A stretch of DNA of 64,000 bases from Legionellaceae bacterium (GCA_029212465.1 JARGNV010000004.1:41580-105579); one strand, 5' to 3'. Positions 48,158 to 58,574 are shown, counted from the first letter of the stretch. Notes: generated by a model not told the origin, from the sequence alone. A program made the numbers and translations.

Positions 48158-49483
48158 ATGCGCACCGCTTTTCTTTTGCTTCTCTCACTCGTCACACATG
48201 CCGCCTTTGGTAACGTCCAATCATTCAAGCTCGACAATGGCCTTACCTTACTTGTTAAAGAAGACCACCGAGCGCCCGTTGCTGTTGCCATGGTTTGGTA
48301 TAAAGTAGGCTCTGCCGATGAGCCAGGAGGCTTAACTGGCATCTCACACGCACTCGAACATCTCATGTTCAAAGGCACTCCCAAATATCCGTTGGGCGTT
48401 TTCTCAAAAACAATTGCAAGCCTCGGCGGACAAGAAAATGCTTTTACGAGCACCGACTATACCGCATACTTTGAAAAAATAGCCGCCGAACATTTACCCA
48501 CAAGCTTAGCCTTAGAGGCTGATCGCATGCAACACCTGCTACTCGATGAAACTGAATTTAAAAAAGAAATGAAAGTGATTCGAGAAGAGCGCCGCTTACG
48601 CACCGATGACAACCCACAGGCGCTTACGTTTGAACGCTTCCTTGCGGCGGCACATTTAAGCTCGCCCTACCATCACCCTGTGATTGGTTGGATGAATGAC
48701 ATCAAACACTTAACCGTTCCAGACGTGCGCCACTGGTATGAAGCATTTTATGCCCCTAATAACGCAACCATTGTAGTTGTCGGTGATGTCAACCCGGATG
48801 CTGTCTTCGAGCTGGTCAAAAAAGAGTTTGGCGCTATCAAAAAAGAATCGCCTGTTGAACGCAAACAGCAACAAGAGCCTCCAGCACTTGGAAAAAAAAT
48901 CCTTAACGTACGCGCACCTGCAAACGTTCCCATTTTGCTTCAAGGTTACACCGTTCCAAGTGTTAAAACAGCCTCCCTAAAACACACAAACGTTCCCTAC
49001 ACGCTTGAGGTTATCGCAGCCCTCTTAGATGCTGGTGAGAGCGGGCGCTTCAGTCAGCATCTCATTCGCGGAAAAGAGCAGGCAAGCAGCGTTGGGGTTG
49101 AATACAACCTATATACACGCTATCAAACACAGTTTGTCATTTATGGCGCGCCTAGTGCATCCAACACCTTAGAGGGACTTTCCCAGCAAATCAGTGCCGA
49201 ACTCGAAGCGCTCAAAACAACCCCTATTTCACTCGATGAATTAAAACGTGTTAAAACACAGCTGATTGCACAAAAAACCTTTGAGCGCGACTCTGTGTTT
49301 GGCCAAGCTATGGAGCTTGGCATGCTTGAGACAATTGGCCTCGGTTGGCAAGCAGCAGAACAATATGAGGCGCGTATTCGCGCCGTCACCGCTGAAGATA
49401 TTCAATCTGTCGCAATGCATTACTTTAAAGAAGCAAGCATGACAGAAGCCCATCTTTTACCTAAGACAGGAGCAACCCAATGA
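48158..49483 (+). CDS. M16 family zinc peptidase (active subunit)
   Basis: Inverted zinc motif HALEHLMFKG and a signal peptide. Confidence 0.9.
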   Translation: MRTAFLLLLSLVTHAAFGNVQSFKLDNGLTLLVKEDHRAPVAVAMVWYKVGSADEPGGLTGISHALEHLMFKGTPKYPLGVFSKTIASLGGQENAFTSTDYTAYFEKIAAEHLPTSLALEADRMQHLLLDETEFKKEMKVIREERRLRTDDNPQALTFERFLAAAHLSSPYHHPVIGWMNDIKHLTVPDVRHWYEAFYAPNNATIVVVGDVNPDAVFELVKKEFGAIKKESPVERKQQQEPPALGKKILNVRAPANVPILLQGYTVPSVKTASLKHTNVPYTLEVIAALLDAGESGRFSQHLIRGKEQASSVGVEYNLYTRYQTQFVIYGAPSASNTLEGLSQQISAELEALKTTPISLDELKRVKTQLIAQKTFERDSVFGQAMELGMLETIGLGWQAAEQYEARIRAVTAEDIQSVAMHYFKEASMTEAHLLPKTGATQ

Positions 49484-50784
49484 AATACCTGCTGATTTGT
49501 TTAAGTCTTTGGTTCACAGGCCTAAGTACCGTCAACGCAGCAAAAGTTGGCCCCATTGCCCGCTGGCAAACCAAGCAAGGCGTTCCTGTTGTATTTTATG
49601 AGGCCCCTGATATTCCAATGCTTAATGTCAGCCTCGCTTTTCGTGCGGGGGCTGCATACGACGGCCAACAGTTCGGTTTAAGTACACTCACAACACGCCT
49701 CTTAAATCAAGGCAATGATGGCCTAGATGCAGATACACTTGCAAACCAACTGGCTGAGACCGGAGCACAGTTTTCAAGCGAAAACAATCGTGACATGGTT
49801 GTCCTACACCTCAAAACACTCACAGAAAAAGACGCACTGAGCCATGCAACCGCTCTATTTGCGCGCATCATCAAACAACCTGACTTCCCTGAAAAGGCGT
49901 TTAATCGTGAAAAAAACCAGCAAAAAATGGCGATAAAACACGCTTTAGAGTCACCTGATGAGGTCGCGAGTCAAACCTTTTTCCGCGCACTGTATCAAGC
50001 ACATCCTTACGCGCACCCGATTAACGGCGACTTAAAAACGGTGGATGCCATCACCCTCAAAGACGTGCGCCACTTCCACCAAACGTTGTTTGTTAGCAAC
50101 AATGCAACCCTTGTACTTGTTGGAGCTATTAGTCGTCGCGATGCTGAGGGACTGGCTAACCAGCTAACACAAAATATTCCAAAAGGTAAAAAAGCACCAT
50201 CAATTCCTCATGCAAAACCACTGCCTGATGCAATGGATGTAAATGTACCGTTTCCCTCCTCTCAAACCGTCCTTAGACTCGGTCAACTAGGTATTAATCA
50301 CCACAACCCTCATTATTTCCCATTATTAGTTGGTAATTATACGCTTGGGGGTGGCGCACTTGTTTCACGACTTGCAAGTGAGTTGCGTGAAAAACGAGGC
50401 CTAACCTATGGTGTACACAGTCAGTTTGTACCAATGCCAGAACTTGGGCCCTTTGTGATTGGTTTTTCAACCAAAGCCGAACAAGCCGAAGCAGCCGAAA
50501 CACTCACTCGAGATACGCTACAAGCATTTGTCAAAGCCGGTCCGAGTGAGGCAGAACTTAAAGCGGCCAAGCAGTACTTAACTGGAAGTTTTCCGCTCTC
50601 AATTGCAAGCAATCAAAATATGGCAGGTATTCTTTTAAAAATGGCATTCTATGAGTTACCCGATAATTATTTAGATAACTATACGGATAACATCAACGCT
50701 GTCAGTGTTGCACAAATTCAGTCAGCGTTTCAAAAAAGTATTCACCCAAATCACCTGCTTCAAGTTATGGTTGGGAAGATATGA
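49480..50784 (+). CDS. M16 family peptidase-like protein (no HxxEH; probable non-catalytic partner)
   Basis: M16 fold-like sequence without a zinc motif. 4-nt overlap with the upstream gene. Confidence 0.85.
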   Translation: MKYLLICLSLWFTGLSTVNAAKVGPIARWQTKQGVPVVFYEAPDIPMLNVSLAFRAGAAYDGQQFGLSTLTTRLLNQGNDGLDADTLANQLAETGAQFSSENNRDMVVLHLKTLTEKDALSHATALFARIIKQPDFPEKAFNREKNQQKMAIKHALESPDEVASQTFFRALYQAHPYAHPINGDLKTVDAITLKDVRHFHQTLFVSNNATLVLVGAISRRDAEGLANQLTQNIPKGKKAPSIPHAKPLPDAMDVNVPFPSSQTVLRLGQLGINHHNPHYFPLLVGNYTLGGGALVSRLASELREKRGLTYGVHSQFVPMPELGPFVIGFSTKAEQAEAAETLTRDTLQAFVKAGPSEAELKAAKQYLTGSFPLSIASNQNMAGILLKMAFYELPDNYLDNYTDNINAVSVAQIQSAFQKSIHPNHLLQVMVGKI

Positions 50785-51335
50785 AGCAAACCGTCCGTAT
50801 TATTGGTGGTAAACACCGAGGAAAAAAAGTGAGTTTCCCCGATACAAGTGGCCTAAGGCCTACACCAAGCCGTGTTCGAGAAACACTTTTTAACTGGTTA
50901 ATGCACCATGTACAAGGCGCTGACTGCCTAGACGCATTTGCAGGCAGCGGTGCCCTTGGCTTTGAAGCATACTCTCGCGGCGCACATGAGGTAACCTTGC
51001 TTGAAAAAACACAATCTATCTTTTCGCACCTGAAGCACCAAATAAGCACCTTTAAAACAGAGTCGGTACACCCTATAAAAATAGATACACTCAGTTATTT
51101 ACAGCACTCTCACAAGTCATTCGACATTATTTTCCTTGATCCACCGTTTAATGGCCTAAACTTACTAGACCATTGCATTCGCGCTATTGAAGAAAGAGAA
51201 ATCCTTAAACCACGTGGTTTACTTTATATCGAATCAGCACATCCTATTATACTCAATGACGCTTACTGGGAAACTCTCAAGGCAAAAAAAGCAGGTCTTG
51301 TTCATTATGCACTACATCAAAAACGAGATGCTTGA
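50781..51335 (+). CDS. rsmD: 16S rRNA (guanine966-N2)-methyltransferase RsmD
   Basis: LRPTPSRVRETLFNWL, DAFAGSGALGFEA and the DPPF motif. Confidence 0.92.
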   Translation: MKQTVRIIGGKHRGKKVSFPDTSGLRPTPSRVRETLFNWLMHHVQGADCLDAFAGSGALGFEAYSRGAHEVTLLEKTQSIFSHLKHQISTFKTESVHPIKIDTLSYLQHSHKSFDIIFLDPPFNGLNLLDHCIRAIEEREILKPRGLLYIESAHPIILNDAYWETLKAKKAGLVHYALHQKRDA

Positions 51336-52192
51336 GCATGCAGTTTAATCTTATAGGCCCGGGTCGCGTTGGATATGCCTTGGCGCATGCGCTTATCAAT
51401 ACAGCAAACGACACACTGCTTGGTGTATTCCACCCAGAACTTGTAAGCGCAAAAAAAGCAACCCAAAAACTTGGGCAAGGTGATGCCTTCAACCACTTAA
51501 AAGATCTCCCCAAAGCAGATATCACGTTCATTGCAACCAAGGATGAGCATATTGAACCAACGGCCTTGGCACTTGCACGCGCGCAACGTTTTAAGCCCAA
51601 GCACCTCATTATTCACATGAGCGGTATACTAAGCATTGATGTCTTAACACCACTCAAAGAGCAAGGCGCGTCTGTTGGTGGTTTGCATCCCCTAAAAGCC
51701 TTTTGCCAAAAAGCGCCGCCTAAAGAGAATGTCTTTAAGGGTGTTGACTGCGCCATTGAGGGTTGTCCATTAGCGCTTGAAAAGCTCACACATATTGCGC
51801 ATACCCTCGATGCCACCGTATTTACGCTCAACCCAGAAAAAAAAGCAACGTATCATACCGCGGCTATTATGGCCTCCAACTACTTAGTGACACTTTCATC
51901 CGTTGCCACAACGCTCTTTGAGCAAGCAGGTATTCCAGCCACTGAAGCACACGCATTATGTACGCGCCTCATGCAGACAAGTCTCAATAACTTACAACAA
52001 ACAGGTGCCGCAAACAAAGCCCTCACAGGACCCCTTATGCGGGGAGATTTCAGCACTATTCAAAAACACCTCAAATCTATCGACTCAAAAACCATTAAAA
52101 CACTCTACCAAACAGCAGGTCTTGCTACGCTGCCACTTGTAAACTTAGATACAACGTCTATACAGTTAATTAAACAGCTCTTTAAAACTTAA
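51332..52192 (+). CDS. Rossmann-fold/DUF2520 protein (PanG-type ketopantoate reductase candidate)
   Basis: N-terminal IGPGRVG dinucleotide-binding motif. The C-terminal half resembles DUF2520. Confidence 0.6.
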   Translation: MSMQFNLIGPGRVGYALAHALINTANDTLLGVFHPELVSAKKATQKLGQGDAFNHLKDLPKADITFIATKDEHIEPTALALARAQRFKPKHLIIHMSGILSIDVLTPLKEQGASVGGLHPLKAFCQKAPPKENVFKGVDCAIEGCPLALEKLTHIAHTLDATVFTLNPEKKATYHTAAIMASNYLVTLSSVATTLFEQAGIPATEAHALCTRLMQTSLNNLQQTGAANKALTGPLMRGDFSTIQKHLKSIDSKTIKTLYQTAGLATLPLVNLDTTSIQLIKQLFKT

Positions 52193-52201
52193 AGCACCTG
52201 T

Positions 52202-53467
52202 ATGAATCCTAAAATAGCAGCCTTTACTGAAGCCATGCTCCAAAATGGCCAAAATGCCATAGCACTACTTGCGGAAGCTGATAGTGAGCCCGACGAACCA
52301 TTGCTACAGTGCTATGCTGCAAGCCTTCATTTATATGCACAAACTGATGACGCCACACAAAAGGCAATGGCTTTATTGGAGCGTGCGAAGCATCACACAC
52401 AAAAGCTGTCACCCACTGAAATGCTCATATTTGAAGCCATGCAAGCTTGGAGCTTGAAAAGTTACTATCATGCGCTCGCAAGGTTTGAGGTGATACTGCA
52501 AAAAGCACCCGAAGACTTGCTCACACTCAAATACGCCGAATGGCTTTTTTATATTTTAGGGCAAGCCTTCAACGCCAATCATTTTTTAAAAATCTGTGAA
52601 CAATTAAAACCTTATCACCAACAAAATGCTTACTTTTTATCAATTTATGCCTTTGCACTTGAACTCGCCGGCAAACAATATGAGGCTTTAAAAGTCGCCA
52701 ATCATGCACTGCTCTTAAACCCAACGCTTGCCTGGGCTCAGCATGCCTTTGCACATATACAACTCTTGCAGGGCAATATACAGGCAGGCGTCGAAGCGCT
52801 TGAAACCACCCAGGGTGACTGGAGTACGCTCACTCCAACCCTACAGTCACATATGCATTGGCATTTATCTCTACTGCATATTGCTAAGCAACATGAATCA
52901 AGTGCTGTGAACTTATTTCACCAGCATATTTGGACAGATAATGACGCAAAAAATACAGTGCTGGCACAACAAGATACGCTCTCTTTTTTATGCCGTATGG
53001 AGCTTGCAGGAATGCCACAAAACGATTTATGGCGAGAAGTAATGCCCCAAATAACACCCGCTTGCACAAGCCCCTATATGGTATTTAATAGCATGCTCTA
53101 CCTCTATGCATGCGGAAAAAATCAACACGATGATATGGCACATCATATTCTCAAAAACGCGAAATTATATGCCACAGAGCAAAAAGGACCCGCACATACA
53201 GCATGGCTTGATGTTGGTCTACCGGCACTAGATGGTATCTATGCATATTCTAAAGCCAACTATCACGCCTGTATTGACGCATTCACCCCCATTCTGCCGC
53301 AAATAGGGTGCGTGGGTGGCAGTGATGCAGAAATTGAGCTCTTTCATATGATATACTGCGTGGCACTCTTAAAATGCAATAAAAAAAACCAAGCAAAAAC
53401 ACATTTTGGCAAGCATTTAATGCACTATACCAACACGCCATTACAAAATGTTTGGTTTTCAAACTAA
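52202..53467 (+). CDS. Tetratricopeptide-repeat protein (TTC38-like)
   Basis: All-helical repeats over 421 aa. Confidence 0.6.
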   Translation: MNPKIAAFTEAMLQNGQNAIALLAEADSEPDEPLLQCYAASLHLYAQTDDATQKAMALLERAKHHTQKLSPTEMLIFEAMQAWSLKSYYHALARFEVILQKAPEDLLTLKYAEWLFYILGQAFNANHFLKICEQLKPYHQQNAYFLSIYAFALELAGKQYEALKVANHALLLNPTLAWAQHAFAHIQLLQGNIQAGVEALETTQGDWSTLTPTLQSHMHWHLSLLHIAKQHESSAVNLFHQHIWTDNDAKNTVLAQQDTLSFLCRMELAGMPQNDLWREVMPQITPACTSPYMVFNSMLYLYACGKNQHDDMAHHILKNAKLYATEQKGPAHTAWLDVGLPALDGIYAYSKANYHACIDAFTPILPQIGCVGGSDAEIELFHMIYCVALLKCNKKNQAKTHFGKHLMHYTNTPLQNVWFSN

Positions 53468-53477
53468 CTAAGCCTGT

Positions 53478-55325
53478 ATGCACTTACTATCACTCAATAA
53501 CGTATCACTAACGATTGCAAACAATCACTTGCTTAACCAAGTCAACTGGCAAATTCACCCTAAGGAGCACATTGCGCTCGTTGGACGAAATGGCGCCGGC
53601 AAGTCAACACTCCTCAAACTCTTGCAAGGGTATATCACGCCAGACAGCGGCACCCGTCAACTCCAAACAAATTTACGTATTGCAAGCCTCATGCAAGATG
53701 TCCCTGAGAGCGAACATGAAACTGTTTATCATTTTTTAGTCAAACAGCTTGGCGCCCTTGGTGAAACACTCGCCCAATACCATGATGCGTCACGCGCTCA
53801 TGACACAACCCAAATGGCAGCACTTCAAACACAAATTGATGTTCAGAATGCATGGAACATGCTGCCACAAATTGATGCCATGGCAAGTCATTTAAGTTTA
53901 TCGCTTGATACCCCCATTAAAAATCTCTCAGGTGGCATGAAGCGACGCGCGCTCCTTGGTGCCGCTCTGCTTGCAAACGCTGACTTACTTTTACTTGATG
54001 AACCAACCAATCACTTAGATATCCGTACCATTGAATGGCTTGAAAGTCATTTAAAACAATACCCAGGAACGCTTGTCGTTGTCACTCACGATCGCGCCTT
54101 TTTAAGCCGCGTATCAAATACTATTATTGAAGTTGATAGAGGCAAACTGCATCGCTACGCCTGCAATTATGATACCTATCTCGACCGTAAAGAGGCTATG
54201 CTTGAAGCGGAAAACACACAAAACCAGTTGTTTGATAAGCGCCTAAAAGAAGAAGAAGTTTGGCTGCGCAAAGGTATTAAAGCACGGCGCACACGTAATG
54301 AGGGGCGTGTCCGCAAACTAAAGGCCATGCGAGAGGCTTATCACGCAAGACGAAATTCACCTGGACAAGTGAAATCACTACAACTTGACGTGAAAGCTTC
54401 TGGAAAACTCGTTCTTGAAGCAAAAAATTTGCACTACCAAGTAGGCACACGCCAACTCATCCGAGACTTCTCATGCACCTTCATGCGCGGCGATAAAATC
54501 GGCATTATTGGTCCAAACGGCTGCGGCAAGACAACCCTCGTTCGCATACTACTCGGTGAGCTTACACCCAATGCAGGTCAAGTTCGACATGGCACGCATC
54601 TCAGCATTGCCTATTTCGACCAACTGCGCGCAGAGTTAGACGAACAGCAAACCGTCATGCAAAACGTGGCCGATGGCGCAGACTTCGTCACCATTAACGG
54701 ACAAAGCACACATGTTGCATCCTACCTACGTGATTTTCTATTCTCGCCCGAGCGCTTCAACCAACCTGTGTTTGCATTATCAGGCGGCGAACGTAATCGC
54801 CTCTTACTTGCCAAGCTTTTTGCAAAACCCGTCAACCTGCTGGTAATGGATGAGCCTACCAACGATTTAGACATTGAAACGCTTGAGTTACTCGAAACCA
54901 TGTTAAGTGACTACGCGGGCACATTGCTCTTAATTAGTCACGACAGAGCCTTCCTCAATCAGGTGGTCAGTAGCATTTTAGTCTATGAAGACAATGGACA
55001 CATCCATGAACACGTAGGGGGTTATGATGACTATGCCGCCTATAAAGCGCTTACACCCCAGAAATCCCATGCAACGCCCTCTAAAGCGCCATCAAAACAT
55101 CAACTGAACACCCCCGAGCAACGAGAATTAAAGCAGCTTCCCAAAAAAATTGAGCGCTTAGAAAAAGATATCGAGATGCTGCACGAGGCAATGGCTGCGC
55201 CTGACTTTTATCAGCAAGACAATACTCATGTCTCAGCACTCAATGAAAAACTCCACTCTCTCGAAAGTCAACTAGAAACAGCATATGCGCGTTGGGAAGC
55301 GCTAGAGTCTGGGCGTAGCACCTAA
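53478..55325 (+). CDS. uup: ABC-F family ATPase Uup
   Basis: Two ABC cassettes (GRNGAGKST/LSGGMKRR and GPNGCGKTT/LSGGERNR) and a C-terminal coiled coil. Confidence 0.9.
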   Translation: MHLLSLNNVSLTIANNHLLNQVNWQIHPKEHIALVGRNGAGKSTLLKLLQGYITPDSGTRQLQTNLRIASLMQDVPESEHETVYHFLVKQLGALGETLAQYHDASRAHDTTQMAALQTQIDVQNAWNMLPQIDAMASHLSLSLDTPIKNLSGGMKRRALLGAALLANADLLLLDEPTNHLDIRTIEWLESHLKQYPGTLVVVTHDRAFLSRVSNTIIEVDRGKLHRYACNYDTYLDRKEAMLEAENTQNQLFDKRLKEEEVWLRKGIKARRTRNEGRVRKLKAMREAYHARRNSPGQVKSLQLDVKASGKLVLEAKNLHYQVGTRQLIRDFSCTFMRGDKIGIIGPNGCGKTTLVRILLGELTPNAGQVRHGTHLSIAYFDQLRAELDEQQTVMQNVADGADFVTINGQSTHVASYLRDFLFSPERFNQPVFALSGGERNRLLLAKLFAKPVNLLVMDEPTNDLDIETLELLETMLSDYAGTLLLISHDRAFLNQVVSSILVYEDNGHIHEHVGGYDDYAAYKALTPQKSHATPSKAPSKHQLNTPEQRELKQLPKKIERLEKDIEMLHEAMAAPDFYQQDNTHVSALNEKLHSLESQLETAYARWEALESGRST

Positions 55326-55369
55326 TTTTCGGTAATATATATACTCTTTTTAACAAGCGATTTTGAATC

Positions 55370-55807
55370 ATGCGTTTATTAGTACTGTGCTTTATACTCT
55401 CTATAACCCCCCTTCATGCTCGCACTCCCACACTCCAAAGCATTGATGGTGATGAGTTTACCCTTAAATCACTCAAAGGAAAGTGGGTATATATCAACTA
55501 CTGGGCAAGCTGGTGCGCACCATGTCTACACGAAATTCCTGAAATTAATCGCTTTTATGAGCAAAACAAGCATAAAAATATTGCCGTCTTTGGTGTTAAC
55601 TATGATGGCCTTTCTTCAGATGAGCAACGCTCTCTCATTCAAAAGTATCAACTCGCCTATCCAAGTCTTGGACTTGACCCCGCAGACGCCCTAAAGCTTG
55701 GAGACATAAAAGGCGTTCCCGTCACTTTTATATTTAGCCCAAGCGGTAAACTATTCGACGTTAAGTATGGCGAACAAACCATCAAAAGTTTAAGTGCATA
55801 CCTTTAG
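55370..55807 (+). CDS. Periplasmic thiol:disulfide oxidoreductase (TlpA/ResA-like thioredoxin fold)
   Basis: Signal peptide and a WASWCAPC active site. Confidence 0.88.
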   Translation: MRLLVLCFILSITPLHARTPTLQSIDGDEFTLKSLKGKWVYINYWASWCAPCLHEIPEINRFYEQNKHKNIAVFGVNYDGLSSDEQRSLIQKYQLAYPSLGLDPADALKLGDIKGVPVTFIFSPSGKLFDVKYGEQTIKSLSAYL

Positions 55808-55822
55808 TTGTATGAACGTGCC

Positions 55823-56029
55823 TCAATCTTGCCGCGCTGGCACAACGGTTGAAATAGCATGTTTATACACCATTTGTGTGACACCATTTTTTAAAGTGAT
55901 CACACGTTCATCCACATGCTCAATACTGCCATGCAGCTTAATACCACTGACAAGAAAAATAGAAACCGGCACTTTTTTATCGTGCAAGCGCTGTAAAAAT
56001 GCCATTTCTAATGCATGTGCGTCAGACAT
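55823..56029 (-). CDS. hfq: RNA chaperone Hfq
   Basis: [45 protein letters not shown] contains the Sm1/Sm2 motifs. AAGGAGAAGG SD. Confidence 0.95.
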   Translation of the reverse strand: MSDAHALEMAFLQRLHDKKVPVSIFLVSGIKLHGSIEHVDERVITLKNGVTQMVYKHAISTVVPARQD

Positions 56030-56381
56030 TGCCTTCTCCTTATTATTCTTTTGGCATGTAATTTACCCCGTCTATGTTTACATATGTCGGCACACTGAAA
56101 GAGAGCTTTAGCTTTTTGTAAATCTTTTATCCACCAGCTTGAAAACAAGCATAAATGATTGAATGTCGCCCTTATTTCCTTTATGCTGAGTTTAATTGTC
56201 ACAGGGATAGGTGATTTTTAGTGAAAGCCATGCGTGTCTTTTTCAACCCTTTTGTCTGGCCACACCTCTGCTCACGCACACCTCACAGCATAAAAACGCT
56301 TTATTCCTTGAAATCAGCCTATGTGCCATCAACCACAGAGGCACTTAATCGAAACATACTTTTATCATATAGGAACCAGGC

Positions 56382-57155
56382 ATGACACTATATAAAAAAT
56401 CTTTATTCAGCGTAGCACTGTTGGGGCTTAGCATGGGCACTTATGCAGGTACAGCCAGTGAAAAATTAAGTGCTGCTTTTGACTTTGAAAGTCTCAGCTT
56501 AAAGCGACTTCAAAAAGATACTGCGTGGCAACTTCATATTGGTGGTTTTGTTTCATCTCAGGGTATCAATCAGCATGTCAATATCACAGGCCTTGTTGGA
56601 AACGAGTATAGTCCAAGCAAAAAAAACGGGGGTAATGTTATTGTTGGCGCTGGATTTTTACGACCTGCCGGCACCTATGAAACGTTTGATGTAGAATACG
56701 GCGTACAAATTTATTACTTGCCGAGTGTCACAGCAGGAGGAAACATTGCAATAGAAAACGTACTCCCAAATCTTGCTTACAAATACTCAATGAGTTTCTT
56801 GCCGTTGTATGCAAACTTAAAGCTGAACATCAATACAGAGTTTGAAAAAACCAAGGTAACGCTTGATTTTGGAATTGGACCAGACTTTATGAGGCTCAAC
56901 AGCTACAGAGAGATAGCCTTAACTAACGCAACCATTCCTAACGATTTTTATTCAAGCCAGTCACAAACGCAATTTGCAACATTGTTTGGCGTTGGCCTTA
57001 AATCGGATAAGTTTAACAATGCAACACTTGAATTGGCTTATCGCTTTTTCTACCTGGGAAATGGTCACTTCTCGCCTAATAATAACTTAGTGCTAACACG
57101 TTTCAAAACAGGGCCTATCTACGCAAACGCAGTCACCCTTTCTGCACGCGTTTAG
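56382..57155 (+). CDS. Putative outer-membrane beta-barrel protein
   Basis: Signal peptide ...GLSMGTYA|GT and an alternating amphipathic beta-strand pattern. Confidence 0.55.
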   Translation: MTLYKKSLFSVALLGLSMGTYAGTASEKLSAAFDFESLSLKRLQKDTAWQLHIGGFVSSQGINQHVNITGLVGNEYSPSKKNGGNVIVGAGFLRPAGTYETFDVEYGVQIYYLPSVTAGGNIAIENVLPNLAYKYSMSFLPLYANLKLNINTEFEKTKVTLDFGIGPDFMRLNSYREIALTNATIPNDFYSSQSQTQFATLFGVGLKSDKFNNATLELAYRFFYLGNGHFSPNNNLVLTRFKTGPIYANAVTLSARV

Positions 57156-57203
57156 TATTTATGGCGACGAACGAGTATCATTCGATAAATAGTTGAGAGA
57201 AAC

Positions 57204-57689
57204 ATGTATCGGTATATATTTAGTGTCATATTGCTATTGTCGACATTGGGCGCCGCAGCGGCGCCCATTACTATAAAAATATACGGTACAGACGACAAGC
57301 ATGAACCCCACGGAACCATCACTTTTAAAAATAGTCCTGGCGGACTTTTGATTAACCCAAAGCTCCATGGCCTTCCTCCTGGTCCACATGGATTTCATAT
57401 TCATCAAAATCCGAGCTGCCAAAGTCATGGTGCAGCTGCCGGCGGGCATTTAGACCCAAAACAAACAAACACGCACCTTGGCCCCTATGAAGAAGGGCAC
57501 TTAGGCGATTTGCCCATCCTCTATGTGAATGCTGATGGAGAAGCACGTTCTTCTCTAATTGCACCGCATTTGGATATCGAAAATATTGAAGGGCGCAGCG
57601 TTGTGATTCATGCCGGCGGGGATAACTATACAGACACACCACCTTTAGGGGGGGGCGGCCCACGCATTGCCTGCGGTATTATTCGGTGA
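57204..57689 (+). CDS. sodC: Periplasmic Cu,Zn superoxide dismutase
   Basis: HGFHIHQNPSC, GGHLDP and GGGGPRIACG motifs plus a signal peptide. Confidence 0.95.
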   Translation: MYRYIFSVILLLSTLGAAAAPITIKIYGTDDKHEPHGTITFKNSPGGLLINPKLHGLPPGPHGFHIHQNPSCQSHGAAAGGHLDPKQTNTHLGPYEEGHLGDLPILYVNADGEARSSLIAPHLDIENIEGRSVVIHAGGDNYTDTPPLGGGGPRIACGIIR

Positions 57690-58486
57690 CAAGGCAACAT
57701 TCCTGGGTTTGGGCCATTGTTGCATTCATCATACTCGGACCTTTATTACTTTATCTGCTACAACGGGCTTTGATTTACGCGCCTTCAAAAATAACACCCT
57801 CACGTCAAGCATTTAAAGCTGAAGACATGCAGCACATCCGCCTTATTACACAAGACAGCATACCCCTCAACGCATGGTACAAACCCTCATCCGCACAACA
57901 ACCAACCTTTATTATCTTTCATGGCAATGCAGGGCACATAGGAGGACGGATGTCACTTGCACGCCAACTCCTAGCACAAGGTTTTGGTGTATTACTGCTC
58001 GAGTATCGCGGATATGGCGGCAACCCTGGCAGACCAACAGAACAAGGCCTTTACCAAGACGCACGTGCTGGCATGGATTTTTTAAAGCAGCAGGATATCC
58101 CAACGCAACAAATCGTTTTATATGGCGAATCGCTCGGCACAGGTGTCGCAACAAAAATGGCCTCTGAGCACCCCAAATCTTGTGCGCTCATTTTGCAGTC
58201 TCCATATACAACCCTTAATGCCCTACGAAAACATCATTACGCCTGGCTTCCAATTGAGCCCTGGGATAAATTTAACTCTCTAGAGCGCATTACAAGCATC
58301 CGTATGCCGCTTTTAGTGCTACATGGCACTGAGGATAAGGTTGTTCCATACGAAGAGGGAGAGGTGTTATTTTCAGCTGCTAATATGCCAAAGCAGTGGG
58401 TTGCACTAAAGGGTAAAGGACACAGTAATTTATGGACGCCTCAATTTGTGGATATAGTTACCCAATTTATCCACCGGCACTGTTAG
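57686..58486 (+). CDS. Alpha/beta hydrolase (BEM46/S33-like) with an N-terminal TM anchor
   Basis: Nucleophile elbow GESLGTG and an HG oxyanion motif (FHGNAG). The GTG start overlaps the sodC stop. Confidence 0.8.
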   Translation: MTRQHSWVWAIVAFIILGPLLLYLLQRALIYAPSKITPSRQAFKAEDMQHIRLITQDSIPLNAWYKPSSAQQPTFIIFHGNAGHIGGRMSLARQLLAQGFGVLLLEYRGYGGNPGRPTEQGLYQDARAGMDFLKQQDIPTQQIVLYGESLGTGVATKMASEHPKSCALILQSPYTTLNALRKHHYAWLPIEPWDKFNSLERITSIRMPLLVLHGTEDKVVPYEEGEVLFSAANMPKQWVALKGKGHSNLWTPQFVDIVTQFIHRHC

Positions 58487-58507
58487 GACTGTCATCATCA
58501 AACTACG

Positions 58508-58525
58508 TGTAAGCTATGGCTTACA
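58508..58525. promoter_or_regulatory. GacA/UvrY/LetA-type upstream activating box TGTAAG-N6-CTTACA
   Basis: TGTAAGCTATGGCTTACA matches all 12 specified consensus positions. It sits inside a 10-bp perfect palindrome at 58505-58528. Confidence 0.65.
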
Positions 58526-58546
58526 CGTTAACCCGAATTTCACGTC

Positions 58547-58574
58547 GTGACAGATTCAAAGAAAACGGTATACT
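58547..58574 (+). promoter_or_regulatory. Sigma70-like promoter downstream of the LetA-type box
   Basis: GTGACA (58547-58552), a 16-nt spacer, then TATACT (58569-58574). This places the box at about -73 to -56 relative to a predicted start near 58581. Confidence 0.5.

Noticed and set aside
55794-56111. 105-aa ORF antisense to hfq, and the 64-aa ORF at 56008-56202
   Set aside because: The first overlaps the strongly supported hfq CDS and the second overlaps its leader. Both are Cys/hydrophobic-rich and resemble no protein family I know.
56127-56135. DnaA-box-like TTATCCACC upstream of hfq
   Set aside because: It is a single 8/9 match to TTATCCACA. By my estimate more than ten such matches are expected by chance in 64 kb on both strands. 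There is no clustering and no adjacent AT-rich unwinding element.
58505-58528. 10-bp-stem palindrome ACGTGTAAGC-TATG-GCTTACACGT read as a simple bidirectional terminator for the hydrolase gene and gyrB
   Set aside because: Not fully excluded. However, it lacks a proper T-run on either side, it exactly contains the TGTAAG-N6-CTTACA activator box, and it is correctly spaced from a promoter and a GGA-rich region. I therefore interpret it primarily as a LetA/GacA-type site.
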